A model generated the notes under the pieces. It was not told the DNA's origin and did no database searches. It saw only the letters and a list, made by a program, of their open reading frames with translations. This document shows, piece after piece, positions 39,601 through 58,199 of a DNA stretch of 64,000 bases (position 1 is its first letter; each line of letters starts with the position of its first letter). This DNA comes from Eledone cirrhosa. Its lineage: Eukaryota. The stretch covers positions 8,060,001 to 8,124,000 of the forward strand of contig OZ024749.1 in assembly GCA_964016885.1 (NCBI GenBank), read 5' to 3'. Both the position numbers and the translations under genes were made by a program.

Positions 39601-42600
39601 ATGACACACGACAGCACACGATGACACACGACAGCACACAATGACACACGACAGCACACGATCACACACGACAGCACACGATGACACACGACAGCACACG
39701 ATGACACACGACAGCACACAATGACACACGACAGCACACGATGACACACGACAGCACAAGATGACACACGACAGCACACGATGACACACGACATCACACG
39801 ATGACACACGACAGCACACGATGACACACGACAGCACAAGATGACACACGGCAGCACACGATGACACACGACAGCACACGATGACACACCACAGCACACG
39901 ATGACACACGACAGCACACGACAGCACACGATGACACACGACAGCACACGATGACACACGACAGCACAAGATGACACACGGCAGCACACGATGACACACG
40001 ACAGCACACGATGACACACGACAGCACATGACAGCACACGATGACACACAACAGCACACGATGACACACGACAGCACAAGATGACACACGGCAGGACACG
40101 ATGACACACGACAGCACACGACATCACACGATGACACATGACAGCACACGATGACACACGACAGCACAAGATGACACACGGCAGCACACGATGACACACG
40201 ACAGCACACGATGACACACGACAGCACACGACAGCACACGATGACACACGACAGCACACGACAGCACACGATGACACACGACAGCACACGATGACACACG
40301 ATAGCACACGATGACACACGACAGCACAAGATGACACACGATAGCACACGACAGCACACGATGACACACGACAGCACACGACAGCACACGATGACACACG
40401 ACAGCACACGATGACACACGATAGCACACGATGACACACGACAGCACACGATGACACACGACAGCACACGTTGACACACGACAGCACACGACAGCACACG
40501 ATGACACACGACAGCACACGATGACACACGATAGCACACGATGACACACGACAGCACACGATGACACACGACAGCACACGTTGACACACGACAGCACACG
40601 TTGACACACGACAGCACACGATGACACACGACAGCACACGATGACACACGACAGCACACGATTACACACGACAGCACACGTTGACACACGACAGCACACG
40701 ATGACACACGACAGCACACGATGACACACGACAGCACACGATGACACACGACAGCACACGATGACACACGACAGCACACGATTACACACGACAGCACACG
40801 TTGACACACGACAGCACACGATGACACACGAGAGCACACGATGACACACGACAGCATACGTTGACACACGACAGCACACGATGACACACGACAGCACACG
40901 ATGAAACACGACAGCACACGATTACACACGACAGCACACGATGACACACGACAGCACACGATGACACACGACAGCACACGATGACACACGACAGCACACG
41001 ATGACACACGACAGCACAAGATGACACACGACAGCACACGATGACACACGACAGCACAAGATGACACACGATAGCACACGATGACACACGACAGCACACA
41101 ATGACACACGATAGCACACGATGACACACGATAGCACACGATGACACACGACAGCACACAATGACACACGATAGCACACGATGACACACGATAGCACACG
41201 ATGACACACGACAGCACACGATGATACACGACAGCACACGATGACGCACGACAGCACACGATGAGGCACGACCGCACACAATGACACACGACAGCACACG
41301 ATGACACACGACAGCACAAGATGACACACGACAGCACACGATGACACACGACATCACACGATGACACACGACAGCACACGATGACACACGACAGCACAAG
41401 ATGACACACGGCAGCACACGATGACACACGACAGCACACGATGACACACGACAGCACACGATGACACACGTCAGCACACGACAGCACACGATGACACACG
41501 ACAGCACACGATGACACACGACAGCACAAGATGACACACGACAGCACACGATGACACACGACAGCACACGATGAAACACGACAGCACACAATGACACAAG
41601 ACAGCACATGATGACACACGACAGCACACGATGACACACGACAGTACACGATGACACACGACAGCACACGATGACACACGACAGCACACGATGACACACC
41701 ACAGCACACGATGACACACGACAGCACACGATGACACACGACAGCACACAATGACACACGACAGCACACGATGACACACGACAGCACACAATGACACACG
41801 ACAGCACACGATCACACACGACAGCACACGATGACACACGACAGCACACGATGACACACGACAGCACACAATGACACACGACAGCACACGATGACACACG
41901 ACAGCACAAGATGACACACGACAGCACACGATGACACACGACATCACACGATGACACACGACAGCACACGATGACACACGACAGCACAAGATGACACACG
42001 GCAGCACACGATGACACACGACAGCACACGATGACACACCACAGCACACGATGACACACGACAGCACACGACAGCACACGATGACACACGACAGCACACG
42101 ATGACACACGACAGCACAAGATGACACACGGCAGCACACGATGACACACGACAGCACACGATGACACACGACAGCACATGACAGCACACGATGACACACG
42201 ACAGCACACGATGACACACGACAGCACAAGATGACACACGGCAGCACACGATGACACACGACAGCACACGACATCACACGATGACACATGACAGCACACG
42301 ATGACACACGACAGCACAAGATGACACACGGCAGCACACGATGACACACGACAGCACACGATGAAACACGACAGCACACGACAGCACACGATGACACACG
42401 ACAGCACACGACAGCACACGATGACACACGACAGCACACGATGACACACGATAGCACACGATGACACACGACAGCACAAGATGACACACGATAGCACACG
42501 ACAGCACACGATGACACACGACAGCACACGACAGCACACGATGACACACGACAGCACACGATGACACACGATAGCACACGATGACACACGACAGCACACG

Positions 42601-45600
42601 ATGACACACGACAGCACACGTTGACACACGACAGCACACGACAGCACACGATGACACACGACAGCACACGATGACACACGATACCACACGATGACACACG
42701 ACAGCACACGATGACACACGACAGCACACGTTGACACACGACAGCACACGTTGACACACGACAGCACACGATGACACACGACAGCACACGATGACACACG
42801 ACAGCACACGATTACACACGACAGCACACGTTGACACACGACAGCACACGATGACACACGACAGCACACGATGACACACGACAGCACACGATGACACACG
42901 ACAGCACACGATGACACACGACAGCACACGATTACACACGACAGCACACGTTGACACACGACAGCACACGATGACACACGAGAGCACACGATGACACACG
43001 ACAGCACACGTTGACACACGACAGCACACGATGACACACGACAGCACACGATGAAACACGACAGCACACGATTACACACGACAGCACACAATGACACACG
43101 ACAGCACACGATGACACACAACAGCACACGATGACACACGACAGGCACACGATGACACACGACAGCACAAGATGACACACGACAGCACACGATGACACAC
43201 GACAGCACAAGATGACACACGATAGCACACGATGACACACGACAGCACACGATGACACACGACAGCACAAGATGACACACGACAGCACACGACAGCACAC
43301 GTTGACACACGACAGCACACAATGACCCACGACAGCACACGATGACACACGACAGCACACGATGACACACGACAGTACACGATGACACACGACAGCACAC
43401 GATGAAACACGACAGCACACGATGACACACGACAGCACACAATGACACACGACAGCACACGACAGCACACGATGACACACGACAGCACACGATGACACAC
43501 GACAGCCCACGATGACACACGACAGCACACGACAGCACACTATGACACACGACAGCACAGGATGACACACGACAGCACACGATGACACACGACAGCATAC
43601 GATGACACAAGACAGCACACGTTGACACACGACAGCACACGATGACACACGACAGCACACTATGACACACGACAGCACACGATGACACACGACAGCACAC
43701 GATGACACACGACAGCACACGATGAGACACGACAGCACACGTTGACACACGACAGCACACGACAGCACACGATGACACACGACAGCACACGATGACACAC
43801 GACAGCACAAGATGACATACGACAGTACACGATGACACACGACAGCACACGATGACACACGACAGCACAAGATGACACACGACAGCACACGATGACACAC
43901 GACAGCACACGATGAGACACGGCAGCACAAGATGACACATGACAGCACACGATGACACACGACAGCACAAGATGACATACGACAGTACACGATGACACAG
44001 GACAGCACACGATGACACACGGCAGCACACGATGACACACGGCAGCACACGATGACACACGGCAGCACACGATGACACACGGCAGCACACGATGACACAC
44101 GACAGTACACGATGACACACGACAGCACACGATGACACACGACAGCACACGATGACACACGACAGCACACGATGACACACGGTAGCACACGGCAGCACAC
44201 GATGACACACGACAGCACAGGATGACACACGACAGTACACGATGACACACGACAGTACACTATGACACACGGCAGCACAAGATGAGACACGATAGCACAC
44301 GATGACACATGGCAGCACACGATGACACTCGGCAGCACACGATGACACACGACAGCACAAGATGATACACGACAGCACACGATGACACACGGTAGCACAA
44401 GATGACCAACGATAGCACACGATGACACACGACAGCACAGGATGACACACGACAGCACACGATGACACACGGCAGCACACGATGACACACGACAGCACAC
44501 GATGACACACGACAGCACACGATGACACACGGCAGCACACGATGACACACGACAGCACACGATGACACACGACAGCACACGATGACACACGACAGCACAC
44601 GATGACACACGACAGCACAAGATGACACACGACTGCAGACGATGACACACGGCAGCACACGATGACACACGACAGCACAAGATGACACACGACTGCACAC
44701 GTTGACACACGGCAGCACACGTTGACACACGACAGCACACGATGACACACGACAGCACACGATGACACACGACAGCACACGATTACACACGACAGCACAC
44801 GTTGACACACGACAGCACACGATGACACACGACAGCACACGATGACACACGACAGCACACGATTACACACGACAGCACACGATTACACACGACAGCACAC
44901 GTTGACACACGACAGCACACGATGACACACGAGAGCACACGATGACACACGACAGCACACGTTGACACACGACAGCACACGATGACACACGACAGCACAC
45001 GATGAAACACGACAGCACACGATTACACACGACAGCACACAATGACACACGACAGCACACATTGACACACGACAGCACACGATGACACACGACAGCACAC
45101 GATGACACACGACAGCACACGATTACACACGACAGCACACGTTGACACACGACAGCACACGATGACACACGACAGCACACGATGACACACGACAGCACAC
45201 GATGACACACGACAGCACACGATGACACACGACAGCACACGATTACACACGACAGCACACGTTGACACACGACAGCACACGATGACACACGAGAGCACAC
45301 GATGACACACGACAGCACACGTTGACACACGACAGCACACGATGACACACGACAGCACACGATGAAACACGACAGCACACGATTACACACGACAGCACAC
45401 AATGACACACGACAGCACACGATGACACACAACAGCACACGATGACACACGACAGGCACACGATGACACACGACAGCACAAGATGACACACGACAGCACA
45501 CGATGACACACGACAGCACAAGATGACACACGATAGCACACGATGACACACGACAGCACACGATGACACACGACAGCACAAGATGACACACGACAGCACA

Positions 45601-48600
45601 CGATGACACACGACAGCACACGTTGACACACGACAGCACACAATGACCCACGACAGCACACGATGACACACGACAGCACACGATGACACACGACAGTACA
45701 CGATGACACACGACAGCACACGATGAAACACGACAGCACACGATGACACACGACAGCACACAATGACACACGACAGCACACGACAGCACACGATGACACA
45801 CGACAGCACACGATGACACACGACAGCCCACGATGACACACGACAGCACACGACAGCACACTATGACACACAACAGCACAGGATGACACACGACAGCACA
45901 CGATGACACACGACAGCATACGATGACACAAGACAGCACACGTTGACACACGACAGCACACGATGACACACGACAGCACACTATGACACACGACAGCACA
46001 CGATGACACACGACAGCACACGATGACACACGACAGCACACGATGAGACACGACAGCACACGTTGACACACGACAGCACACGACAGCACACGATGAGACA
46101 CGACAGCACACGATGACACACGACAGCACAAGATGACATACGACAGTACACGATGACACACGACAGCACACGATGACACACGACAGCACAAGATGACACA
46201 CGACAGCACACGATGACACACGACAGCACACGATGACACACGACAGCACAAGATGACACACGACAGCACACGATGACACACGACAGCACAAGATGACATA
46301 CGACAGTACACGATGACACACGACAGCACACGATGACACACGGCAGCACACGATGACACACGGCAGCACACGATGACACACGGCAGCACACGATGACACA
46401 CGACAGCACACGATGACACACGGCAGCACACGATGACACACGACAGTACACGATGACACACGACAGCACACGATGACACACGACAGCACACGATGACACA
46501 CGACAGCACACGATGACACACGGTAGCACACGGCAGCACACGATGACACACGACAGCACAGGATGACACACGACAGTACACGATGACACACGACAGTACA
46601 CTATGACACACGGCAGCACAAGATGAGACACGATAGCACACGATGACACATGGCAGCACACGATGACACTCGGCAGCACACGATGACACACGACAGCACA
46701 AGATGATACACGACAGCACACGATGACACACGGTAGCACAAGATGACCAACGATAGCACACGATGACACACGACAGCACAGGATGACACACGACAGCACA
46801 CGATGACACACGGCAGCACACGATGACACACGACAGCACACGATGACACAAGACAGCACACGATGACACACGGCAGCACAAGATGACACACGACTGCAGA
46901 CGATGACACACGGCAGCACACGATGACACACGACAGCACAAGATGACACACGACTGCACACGTTGACACACGGCAGCACACGACAGCACACCATGACACA
47001 CGACAGCACATGACAGCATAAGATAACACACACTGACACATGGCAGCACACGATGACACACGACAGCACAAGATGACACACGACAGCACACGATTACACA
47101 CGACAGCACAAGATGACACACGACAGCACACGATTACACACGACAGCACAAGATGACACACGACAGCACAAGATGACATACGACAGCACAAGATGACACA
47201 CGACAGCACACGATTACACACGCCAGCACACGATGACACACGACAGCACACGATTACACACGACAGCACACGATGACACACGACAGCACACGATGACACA
47301 CGACAGCACACGATGACACACGACAGCACACGATGACACACGACAGCACACGTTGACACACGACAGCACACAATGACACACGACAGCACACGATGACACA
47401 CGACAGCACACAGTTACACACGACAGCACATGTTGACAAACGACAGCACAAGATGACACACGACAGCACACGATTACACACGACAGCACACGATGACACA
47501 CTACAGCACACGATTACACACGACAGCACAAGATGACACACGACAGCACACGATGACACACGACAGCACACGATGACACACGACAGCACACGATGAAACA
47601 CGACAGCACACGTTGACACACGACAGCACACGATGACACACGACAGCACACGATGACACACGACAGCACACGATGACACACGACAGCACACGTTGACACA
47701 CGACAGCACACGATGACACACGACAGCACACGATGACACACGACAGCACACGTTGACACACGACAGCACACGATGACACACGACAGCACACGATGACACA
47801 CGACAGCACACGATGACACACGACAGCACAAGATTACACACGACAGCACACGTTGACACACGACAGCACCCGATGACACACGACAGCACACGATGACACA
47901 CGACAGCACACGATTACACACGACAGCACAAGATGACACACGACAGCACACGATGACACACGACAGCACACGATGACACACGACAGCACACGATGATACA
48001 CGACAGCACACGATTACACACGACAGCACAAGATGACACACGACAGCACACGATGACACACGACAGCACACGATGACACACGACAGCACACGATGACACA
48101 CGACAGCACACAATTACACACGACAGCACACGATGACACGACAGCACACGAATGACACACGACAGCACACGATGACACACGACAGCACACGATGACACAC
48201 GATAGCACACGATGACACACGACAGCAGCCGATGACACACGACAGCACACGATGACACACGACAGCACAAGATGACACACGACAGCACACGATGACACAC
48301 GACAGCACACGATGACACACGACAGCACACGATGACACACGATAGCACACGATGACACACGACAGCACACGATGACACACGACAGCACACGATGACACAC
48401 GACAGTACAAGATGACACACGACAGCACACGATGACACACGACAGCACACGATGACACACGACAGCACACGATGACACACGACAGCACACGATGACACAC
48501 GACGGCACAAGATGACACACGATAGCACACGATGGCACACGACAGCACACGATGACACACGACAGCACACGATGACACACGACAGCACACGATGACACAC

Positions 48601-51600
48601 GACAGCTCACGTTGACACACGACAGCACACAATGACACACGACAGCACACGATGACACACGACAGCACACGATGACACACGACAGTACACGATGACACAC
48701 GACAGCACACGATGAAACACGACAGCACACGATGACACACGACAGCACACAATGACACACCACAGCACACGACAGCACACGATGACACACGACAGCACAC
48801 GATGACACACGACAGCACACGATGACACACGACAGCACACGATGACACACGACAGCACACGATGACACACGACAGCACACGACAGCACACTATGACACAC
48901 GACAGCACAGGATGACACACGACAGCACACGATGACACATGACAGCACACGATGACACACGACAGCACACGTTGACACACGACAGCACACGATGACACAC
49001 AACAGCACACGATGACACACGACAGCACACGATGACACACGACAGCACACGATGACACACGACAGCACAGAGATGACACACGACAGCACACAATGACACA
49101 CAACAGCACACGACAGCACACGATGACACACGACAGCACACGTTGACACACGACAGCACACGATGACACACAACAGCACACGATGACACACGACAGCACA
49201 CGATGACAGTCGACAGCACACATTGACACACGACAGCACACGATGACACACGACAGCACACGATGACACACGACAGCACACGATTACACACGACAGCACA
49301 CGATGACACACGACAGCACACGATGACACACGACAGCACACGATGATACACCACAGCACACGATGAAACACGACAGCACACGTTGACACACGACAGCACA
49401 CGATGACACACGACAGCACACGATGACACACGACAGCACACTATGACACACGACAGCACAGGATGACACACGACAGCACACTATGACACACGACAGCACA
49501 GGATGACACACGACAGCACACGATGACACACGACAGCACACGATGACACACGACAGCACACAATGACACACAACAGCACACGACAGCACACGATGACACA
49601 CGATGACACACGACAGCACACGATGACACACGACAGCACACGTTGACACACGACAGCACACGATGACACACGACAGCACACGTTGACACACGACAGCACA
49701 CGATGACACACGACAGCACACGATGACACACGACAGCACACGATGACACATGACAGCACACGATGACACACGACAGCACACAATGACACACAACAGCACA
49801 CGACAGCGCACGATGACACACGATGACACACGACAGCACACGATAACACACGACAGCACACGATGACACACGACAGCACACGTTGACACACGACAGCACA
49901 CGATGACACACGACAGCACACGTTGACACACGACAGCACACGATGACACACGACAGCACACGATGACACACGACAGCACACGTTGACACACGACAGCACA
50001 CGATGAAACACGACAGCACACGTTAACACACGACAGCACACGATGACACACGACAGCACACGATGACACACGACAGCACACGATGACACACGACAGCACA
50101 CGTTGACACACGACAGCACACGATGACACACGACAGCACACGTTGACACACGACAGCACACGATGACACACGACAGCACACGATGGCACACGACAGCACA
50201 CGTTGACACACGACAGCACACGATGACACACGACAGCACACGATGACACACGACAGCACACGTTGACACACGACAGCACACGTTGACACACGACAGCACA
50301 CGATGACACACGACAGCACACGATGACACACGACAGCACAAGATTACACACGACAGCACACGTTGACACACGACAGCACACGATGACACACGACAGCACA
50401 CGATGACACACGACAGCACACGATTACACACGACAGCACAAGATGACACACGACAGCACACGATGACACACGACAGCACACGATGACACACGACAGCACA
50501 CGATGATACACGACAGCACACGATTACACACGACAGCACAAGATGACACACGACAGCACACGATGACACACGACAGCACACGATGACACACGACAGCACA
50601 CGATGACACACGACAGCACACAATTACACACGACAGCACACGATGACACGACAGCACACGAATGACACACGACAGCACACGATGACACACGACAGCACAC
50701 GATGACACACGATAGCACACGATGACACACGACAGCAGCCGATGACACACGACAGCACACGATGACACACGACAGCACAAGATGACACACGACAGCACAC
50801 GATGACACACGACAGCACACGATGACACACGACAGCACACGATGACACACGATAGCACACGATGACACACGACAGCACACGATGACACACGACAGCACAC
50901 GATGACACACGACAGCACAAGATGACACACGACAGCACACGATGACACACGACAGCACATGATGACACACGACAGCACAAGATGACACACGACAGCACAC
51001 GATGACACACGACGGCACAAGATGACACACGATAGCACACGATGGCACACGACAGCACACGATGACACACGACAGCACAAGATGACACACGACAGCACAC
51101 GATGACACACGACAGCTCACGTTGACACACGACAGCACACAATGACACACGACAGCACACGATGACACACGACAGCACACGATGACACACGACAGTACAC
51201 GATGACACACGACAGCACACGATGAAACACGACAGCACACGATGACACACGACAGCACACAATGACACACCACAGCACACGACAGCACACGATGACACAC
51301 GACAGCACACGATGACACACGACAGCACACGATGACACACGACAGCACACGATGACACACGACAGCACACGACAGCACACTATGACACACGACAGCACAG
51401 GATGACACATGACAGCACACGATGACACACGACAGCACACGTTGACACACGACAGCACACGATGACACACAACAGCACACGATGACACACGACAGCACAC
51501 GATGACACACGACAGCACACGATGACACACGACAGCACAGAGATGACACACGACAGCACACAATGACACACAACAGCACACGACAGCACACGATGACACA

Positions 51601-54600
51601 CGACAGCACACGTTGACACACGACAGCACAAGATGACACACGACAGCACACGACAGCACACTATGACACACGACAGCACACGATGACACATGACAGCACA
51701 CGATGACACACGACAGCACACGTTGACACACGACAGCACACGATGACACACAACAGCACACGATGACACACGACAGCACACGATGACACACGACAGCACA
51801 CGATGACACACGACAGCACAGAGATGACACACGACAGCACACAATGACACACAACAGCACACGACAGCACACGATGACACACGACAGCACACGTTGACAC
51901 ACGACAGCACAAGATGACACACAACAGCACACGATGACACACGACAGCACACGATGACACTCGACAGCACACATTGACACACGACAGCACACGATGACAC
52001 ACGACAGCACACGATGACACACGACAGCACACGATTACACACGACAGCACACGATGACACACGACAGCACACGATGACACACGACAGCACACGATGACAC
52101 ACCACAGCACACGATGAAACACGACAGCACACGTTGACACACGACAGCACACGATGACACACGACAGCACACGATGACACACGACAGCACACTATGACAC
52201 ACGACAGCACAGGATGACACACGACAGCACACTATGACACACGACAGCACAGGATGACACACGACAGCACACGATGACACACGACAGCACACGATGACAC
52301 ACGACAGCACACAATGACACACAACAGCACACGACAGCACACGATGACACACGATGACACACGACAGCACACGATGACACACGACAGCACACGTTGACAC
52401 ACGACAGCACACGATGACACACGACAGCACACGTTGACACACGACAGCACACGATGACACACGACAGCACACGATGACACACGACAGCACACGATGACAC
52501 ATGACAGCACACGATGACACACGACAGCACACAATGACACACAACAGCACACGACAGCGCACGATGACACACGATGACACACGACAGCACACGATAACAC
52601 ACGACAGCACACGATGACACACGACAGCACACGTTGACACACGACAGCACACGATGACACACGACAGCACACGTTGACACACGACAGCACACGATGACAC
52701 ACGACAGCACACGATGACACACGACAGCACACGTTGACACACGACAGCACACGATGAAACACGACAGCACACGTTGACACACGACAGCACCCGATGACAC
52801 ACGACAGCACACGATGACACACGACAGCACACGATGACACACGACAGCACACGTTGACACACGACAGCACACGATGACACACAACAGCACACGTTGACAC
52901 ACGACAGCACACGATGACACACGACAGCACACGATGACACACGACAGCACACGTTGACACACGACAGCACACGATGACACACGACAGCACACGATGACAC
53001 ACGACAGCACACGTTGACACACGACAGCACACGATGACACACGACAGCACACGATGACACACGACAGCACACGATGACACATGACAGCACACGATGACAC
53101 ACGGCAGCACACGATGACACACGACAGCACACGATGACACACGACAGCACACGATGACACACGACAGCACACGATGACACACGACAGCACACTACAGCAC
53201 ACGATGACACACGATGACACACGACAGCACACGATGACACACGACAGCACACGATGACACACGACAGCACACGATGACACACGACAGCACACGATGACAC
53301 ACGACAGCACACGATGACACACGACAGCACACGATGACACACGACAGCACACGACAGCACACGATGACACACGACAGCACACGACAGCACACGATGACAC
53401 ACGACAGCACACGATGACACACGACAGCACACGATGACACACGACAGCACACAATGACACACGACAGCACACAATGACACACGACAGCACACGATGACAG
53501 CCGACAGAACACGATGACACACGACAGCACACGACAGCACACGATGACACACGACAGCACACGATGACACACGACAGCACACGATGACACACGACAGCAC
53601 ACGATGACACACGACAGCACACGATGACACACGACAGCACACGATGACACACGACAGCACACGATGACACACGACAGCACACGATGACACACGACAGCAC
53701 ACGTTGACACACGACAGCACACGATGACACACGACAGCACACGATGACACACGACAGCACACGATGACACACGACAGCACACGATGACACATGACAGCAC
53801 ATGATGACACACGACAGCACACGATGACACACGACAGCACACGACAGCACACGATGACACACGATGACACACGACAGCACACGATGACACACGACAGCAC
53901 ACGATGACACACGACAGCACACGACAGCACACGATGACACACGACAGCACACGATGACACACGACAGCACACGATGACACACGACAGCACACGACAGCAC
54001 ACGATGACACACGACAGCAAACAATGACACACGACAGCACAGGATGACACACGACAGCACACGATGACACACGACAGCACACGATGACACACAACAGCAC
54101 ACGACAGCACACGATGACACACGATGACACACGACAGCACACGATGACACACGACAGCACACGATGACACACGACAGCACACGATGACACACGACAGCAC
54201 ACTACAGCACACGACAGCACACGATGACACACGACAGCACACGATGACACACGACAGCACACGACAGCACACGATGACACACGACAGCACACGACAGCAG
54301 ACGATGACACACGACAGCACACGATGACACACGACAGCACACGATGACACACGACAGTACACGATGACACACGACAGCACACAATGACACACGACAGCAC
54401 ACGATGACACACGACAGCACACGATGACACACGACAGCACACGACAGCACACGACGACACACGACAGCACACGATGACACACGACAGCACACGATGACAC
54501 ACGATAGCACACGATGACACACGACAGCACACGATGACACACGACAGCACACGATGACACACGACAGCACACGTTGACACACGACAGCACACGATGACAC

Positions 54601-55410
54601 ACGACAGCACACGATGACACACGACAGCACACGATGACACACGACAGCACACGATGACACACGACAGCACACGATGACACATGACAGCACATGATGACAC
54701 ACGACAGCACACGATGACACACGACAGCACACGACAGCACACGATGACACACGATGACACACGACAGCACACGATGACACACGACAGCACACGATGACAC
54801 ACGACAGCACACGACAGCACACGATGACACACGACAGCACACGATGACACACGACAGCACACGATGACACACGACAGCACACGACAGCACACGATGACAC
54901 ACGACAGCAAACAATGACACACGACAGCACAGGATGACACACGACAGCACACGATGACACACGACAGCACACGATGACACACGACAGCACACCATGACAC
55001 ACGACAGCACACCATGACACACGACAGCACACCATGACACACGACAGCACACGATGACACACGACAGCACAAGATGACATACGACAGTACACGATGACAC
55101 ACGACAGCACAAGATGACACACGACAGTACACGATGACACACGACAGCACAAGATGACTCACGACAGTACACGATGACACACGACAGCACACGATGACAC
55201 ACGACAGCACACGATGACACACGACAGCACACGATAGTACACGACAGCACACGACAGCACACGATGACACACGACAGCACACGATGACACACGATAGTAC
55301 ACGACAGCACACGACAGCACACGACAGCACACGATAGTACACGACAGCACACGACGTCTCACGAGAGAACCCGACGTTCTATGGCAACACTCGACAGCGC
55401 AGCTCGATAT
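36655..55410. repeat. 18.7-kb satellite, 20-bp unit ACAGCACACG-ATGACACACG (dimer of 10-mers), with higher-order duplications
   Basis: Continuous periodic sequence with diverged edges. Confidence 0.97.
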
Positions 55411-55701
55411 AAAGTGGGTTTTTTTAATTTTTACTTGTAAAAAATATTTCATAGAAAGAACCGACATGTAAAGACATTGCAACAAAAACCATTCCTAATA
55501 TATTCTGGAAGAATTATAACAGAAGTTTGTTAAAGATTGCAGAAGTGAAATGTGAAGTAATTGTCATTGACAGAATATAATTTACAATTTTCACATCTAA
55601 AATGGAACTGAATTGGTAGAGACATTGAGTTCTGTTAATTCTTAAGAATGTTATTGTTATTTTTTATTTTATATTAGTATTATCTTCATTATTATTATTA
55701 T

Positions 55702-56565
55702 TGGCGTTCTATAGAGGGCTAGTGCAGGGGGAGAGCGACGATGTTCTGAGGGAGACCCTGGGCGTCGAAGACGATCTGCTATCTGCTTTCTTCAAGAGAA
55801 CTTTCAGCCCGGGACCTAATGACAATTTCCAGAAATCCCTGGCCTGGCAGTGCTACCGGGGAGCGTTGCCGGTTCGGGATAAGCTCCACAGGCACGGAGG
55901 TGCTGTCAGCCGAGCCTGTCCGAGATGCGCGTAGGACAACGAAACCGTCCTACACGCAACCGTTCAGTGGGGCTATGTCGAATAGTTGCTGTTGCGTATA
56001 GGACAGATCCGGTTATCAACTGACTCCATTGTGCAGATAGCCCCGCCATCCTCCTTTAAAGAGGGGGAAGGGCAAACAGTCTTCATCTGCCCGGTGGCCA
56101 TGACGAAAGACATTGTGTGGTGGACACGGTTGAAAGGGTTGAAAACGGACACTTTCCTCTCCGGCCAATCCCTGATTAACTTTTTCAAGTTTCACTTGAA
56201 GAGGAAAATCAGGGTGGAGTGGCAAGTGCTGTCTTCTAGTAAGTTTGTTGAAAGGTGGGTGAAAGTGGCGAGTCTGGTTAAAGGGTGAACTCTGAGTATG
56301 CACCTGTATATTGAGGAGTGGGAAAACTGAGAGAGGGCGCTTGCCCTGGTGGTCAGGGTGGCCGTGGTCTTTTGCGTGGTTTTCGCCATGAGTGATCCTC
56401 AGAAGCTTCCCCCTTATTGGGGAATTTTTGTTGTTTGAAGTTTAATTTATTTTACACGTTTCTGTCTTTTATGGCCTTTTTACACGGCCAAAATCCACTT
56501 TGTAACGTCCTGTGCCGTCTGTAATGTTTTTCTTCGTGTTAGCCCTTGTGGCCAATAAAGAAACC
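55702..56565 (+). mobile_element. L1/Tx1-like LINE 3' fragment
   Basis: ALPVRDKLHRHG...CPRCA*DNETVLHA zinc-knuckle (zf-RVT-like); AATAAA then (ATT)n tail; inserted in (ATT)n. Confidence 0.8.
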
Positions 56566-56604
56566 ATTATTATTATTTTTTTTTTTTGTTGCTGCTGTTG
56601 CTGC

Positions 56605-56648
<44 letters not shown>

Positions 56649-56829
56649 TCGTTGTTGTTGCTGTTATTATTGTTTGCGATTTTTTCAATATTATAGTATT
56701 TTTAAGAGGAATGTACACTGACAAAATCTAACTAAATGATTTGTCGACGTTGATTCGTTATCGATTCAATGAGAAAAAACAATAAAGAGTTTGCTAACTT
56801 TTGGGCAAATGTTGTAAGGATGCAGGTAA

Positions 56830-57025
56830 ATATATATATATATATAGATATTTGTGATTTATGTATATATATATATGTGTGTGTGTATGTATGTATATAT
56901 ATATAAATATTTATATATATATATGTATATATATATGTGTGTATATATATATATATGTGTATATATATATATATATGTGTATATATATATATGTGTATGT
57001 ATGTATATATATATATATAAATATT

Positions 57026-57058
<33 letters not shown>

Positions 57059-57188
57059 ATATATGTATATATATATATATGTGTGTGTGTGTGTTTGTGT
57101 GTATGTATGTATATATATATATATATATAAATATTTATATATATATATATATATATATGTACATATATGTATTATATATATATATATA

Positions 57189-57219
<31 letters not shown>

Positions 57220-57395
57220 GTAATATATGTATGTATATATATATATAAATATTTATACATTTACATATATATATATGTATATCTATATATATGCCGTATT
57301 TGAAAAAGCATGTACAAATGAAAGTAGGTATGAAAGTATGTAAGTATATATGAATATTTGTGAGCGTATGTGCATGAGTGTGTGTGTATGTGCAT

Positions 57396-57475
<80 letters not shown>

Positions 57476-57480
57476 ACAGG
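56830..57480. repeat. (TA)/(TG) microsatellite mosaic
   Basis: Direct inspection. Confidence 0.9.
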
Positions 57481-57799
57481 TATATGTATGTGTGTGTCAT
57501 TATAAGTTCACCTGGTTGAGGAAACATTATTATAGGTCTAGAAAGTCTCCAGAGAAATATGGAAGAGTATTTTAGTAGTAAAAGACCAGTTAAAACATAT
57601 ATCAATACACACATTAAGTACCAGAGTGAAAAAGCATTCTGAATCATGTAGATTTTCAGTGTGTATCTATGTATCTGTGTGTGTGTGTGTTTGTTAACAA
57701 ACACCCATACAAATTTACATTACACACATAACATAGATATATATATATAAATGCATATATATATGTGCCTATACTCATATATATATATATATGCATATA

Positions 57800-57868
<69 letters not shown>

Positions 57869-57872
<4 letters not shown>

Positions 57873-58061
57873 CAAAGGAATTGTGGTAAGGAACCAGATG
57901 GACCATAACGTACCAGAGTACTCAATACTTAGGATAGTAGAGTGGGAAATAGGAAAAAGTATGACCCCGACGGCAGAGCTCAAGCCGTTTCGACGGCTAT
58001 TTCTGAGTCCAGAAATAGCCGTCGAAACGGCTTGAGCTCTGCCAGCGGGGTCATACTTTTT

Positions 58062-58065
<4 letters not shown>
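57869..58065 (-). mobile_element. Family A fold-back
   Basis: Tail plus palindrome. Confidence 0.9.
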
Positions 58066-58117
<52 letters not shown>

Positions 58118-58199
58118 CAATGAAGGAGAGTTAGTTGATTTAGAATCAACTGGTTTTTATATAACAGAAGTCAAGCACTCTACGGTTTATGTTTATTCA

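Noticed and set aside
36613-55485. Huge Cys/Val-rich ORFs (up to 1362 aa)
   Set aside because: All three minus frames are open because the 20-bp unit lacks stops; there are frameshifting indels and no unique flanking coding sequence.
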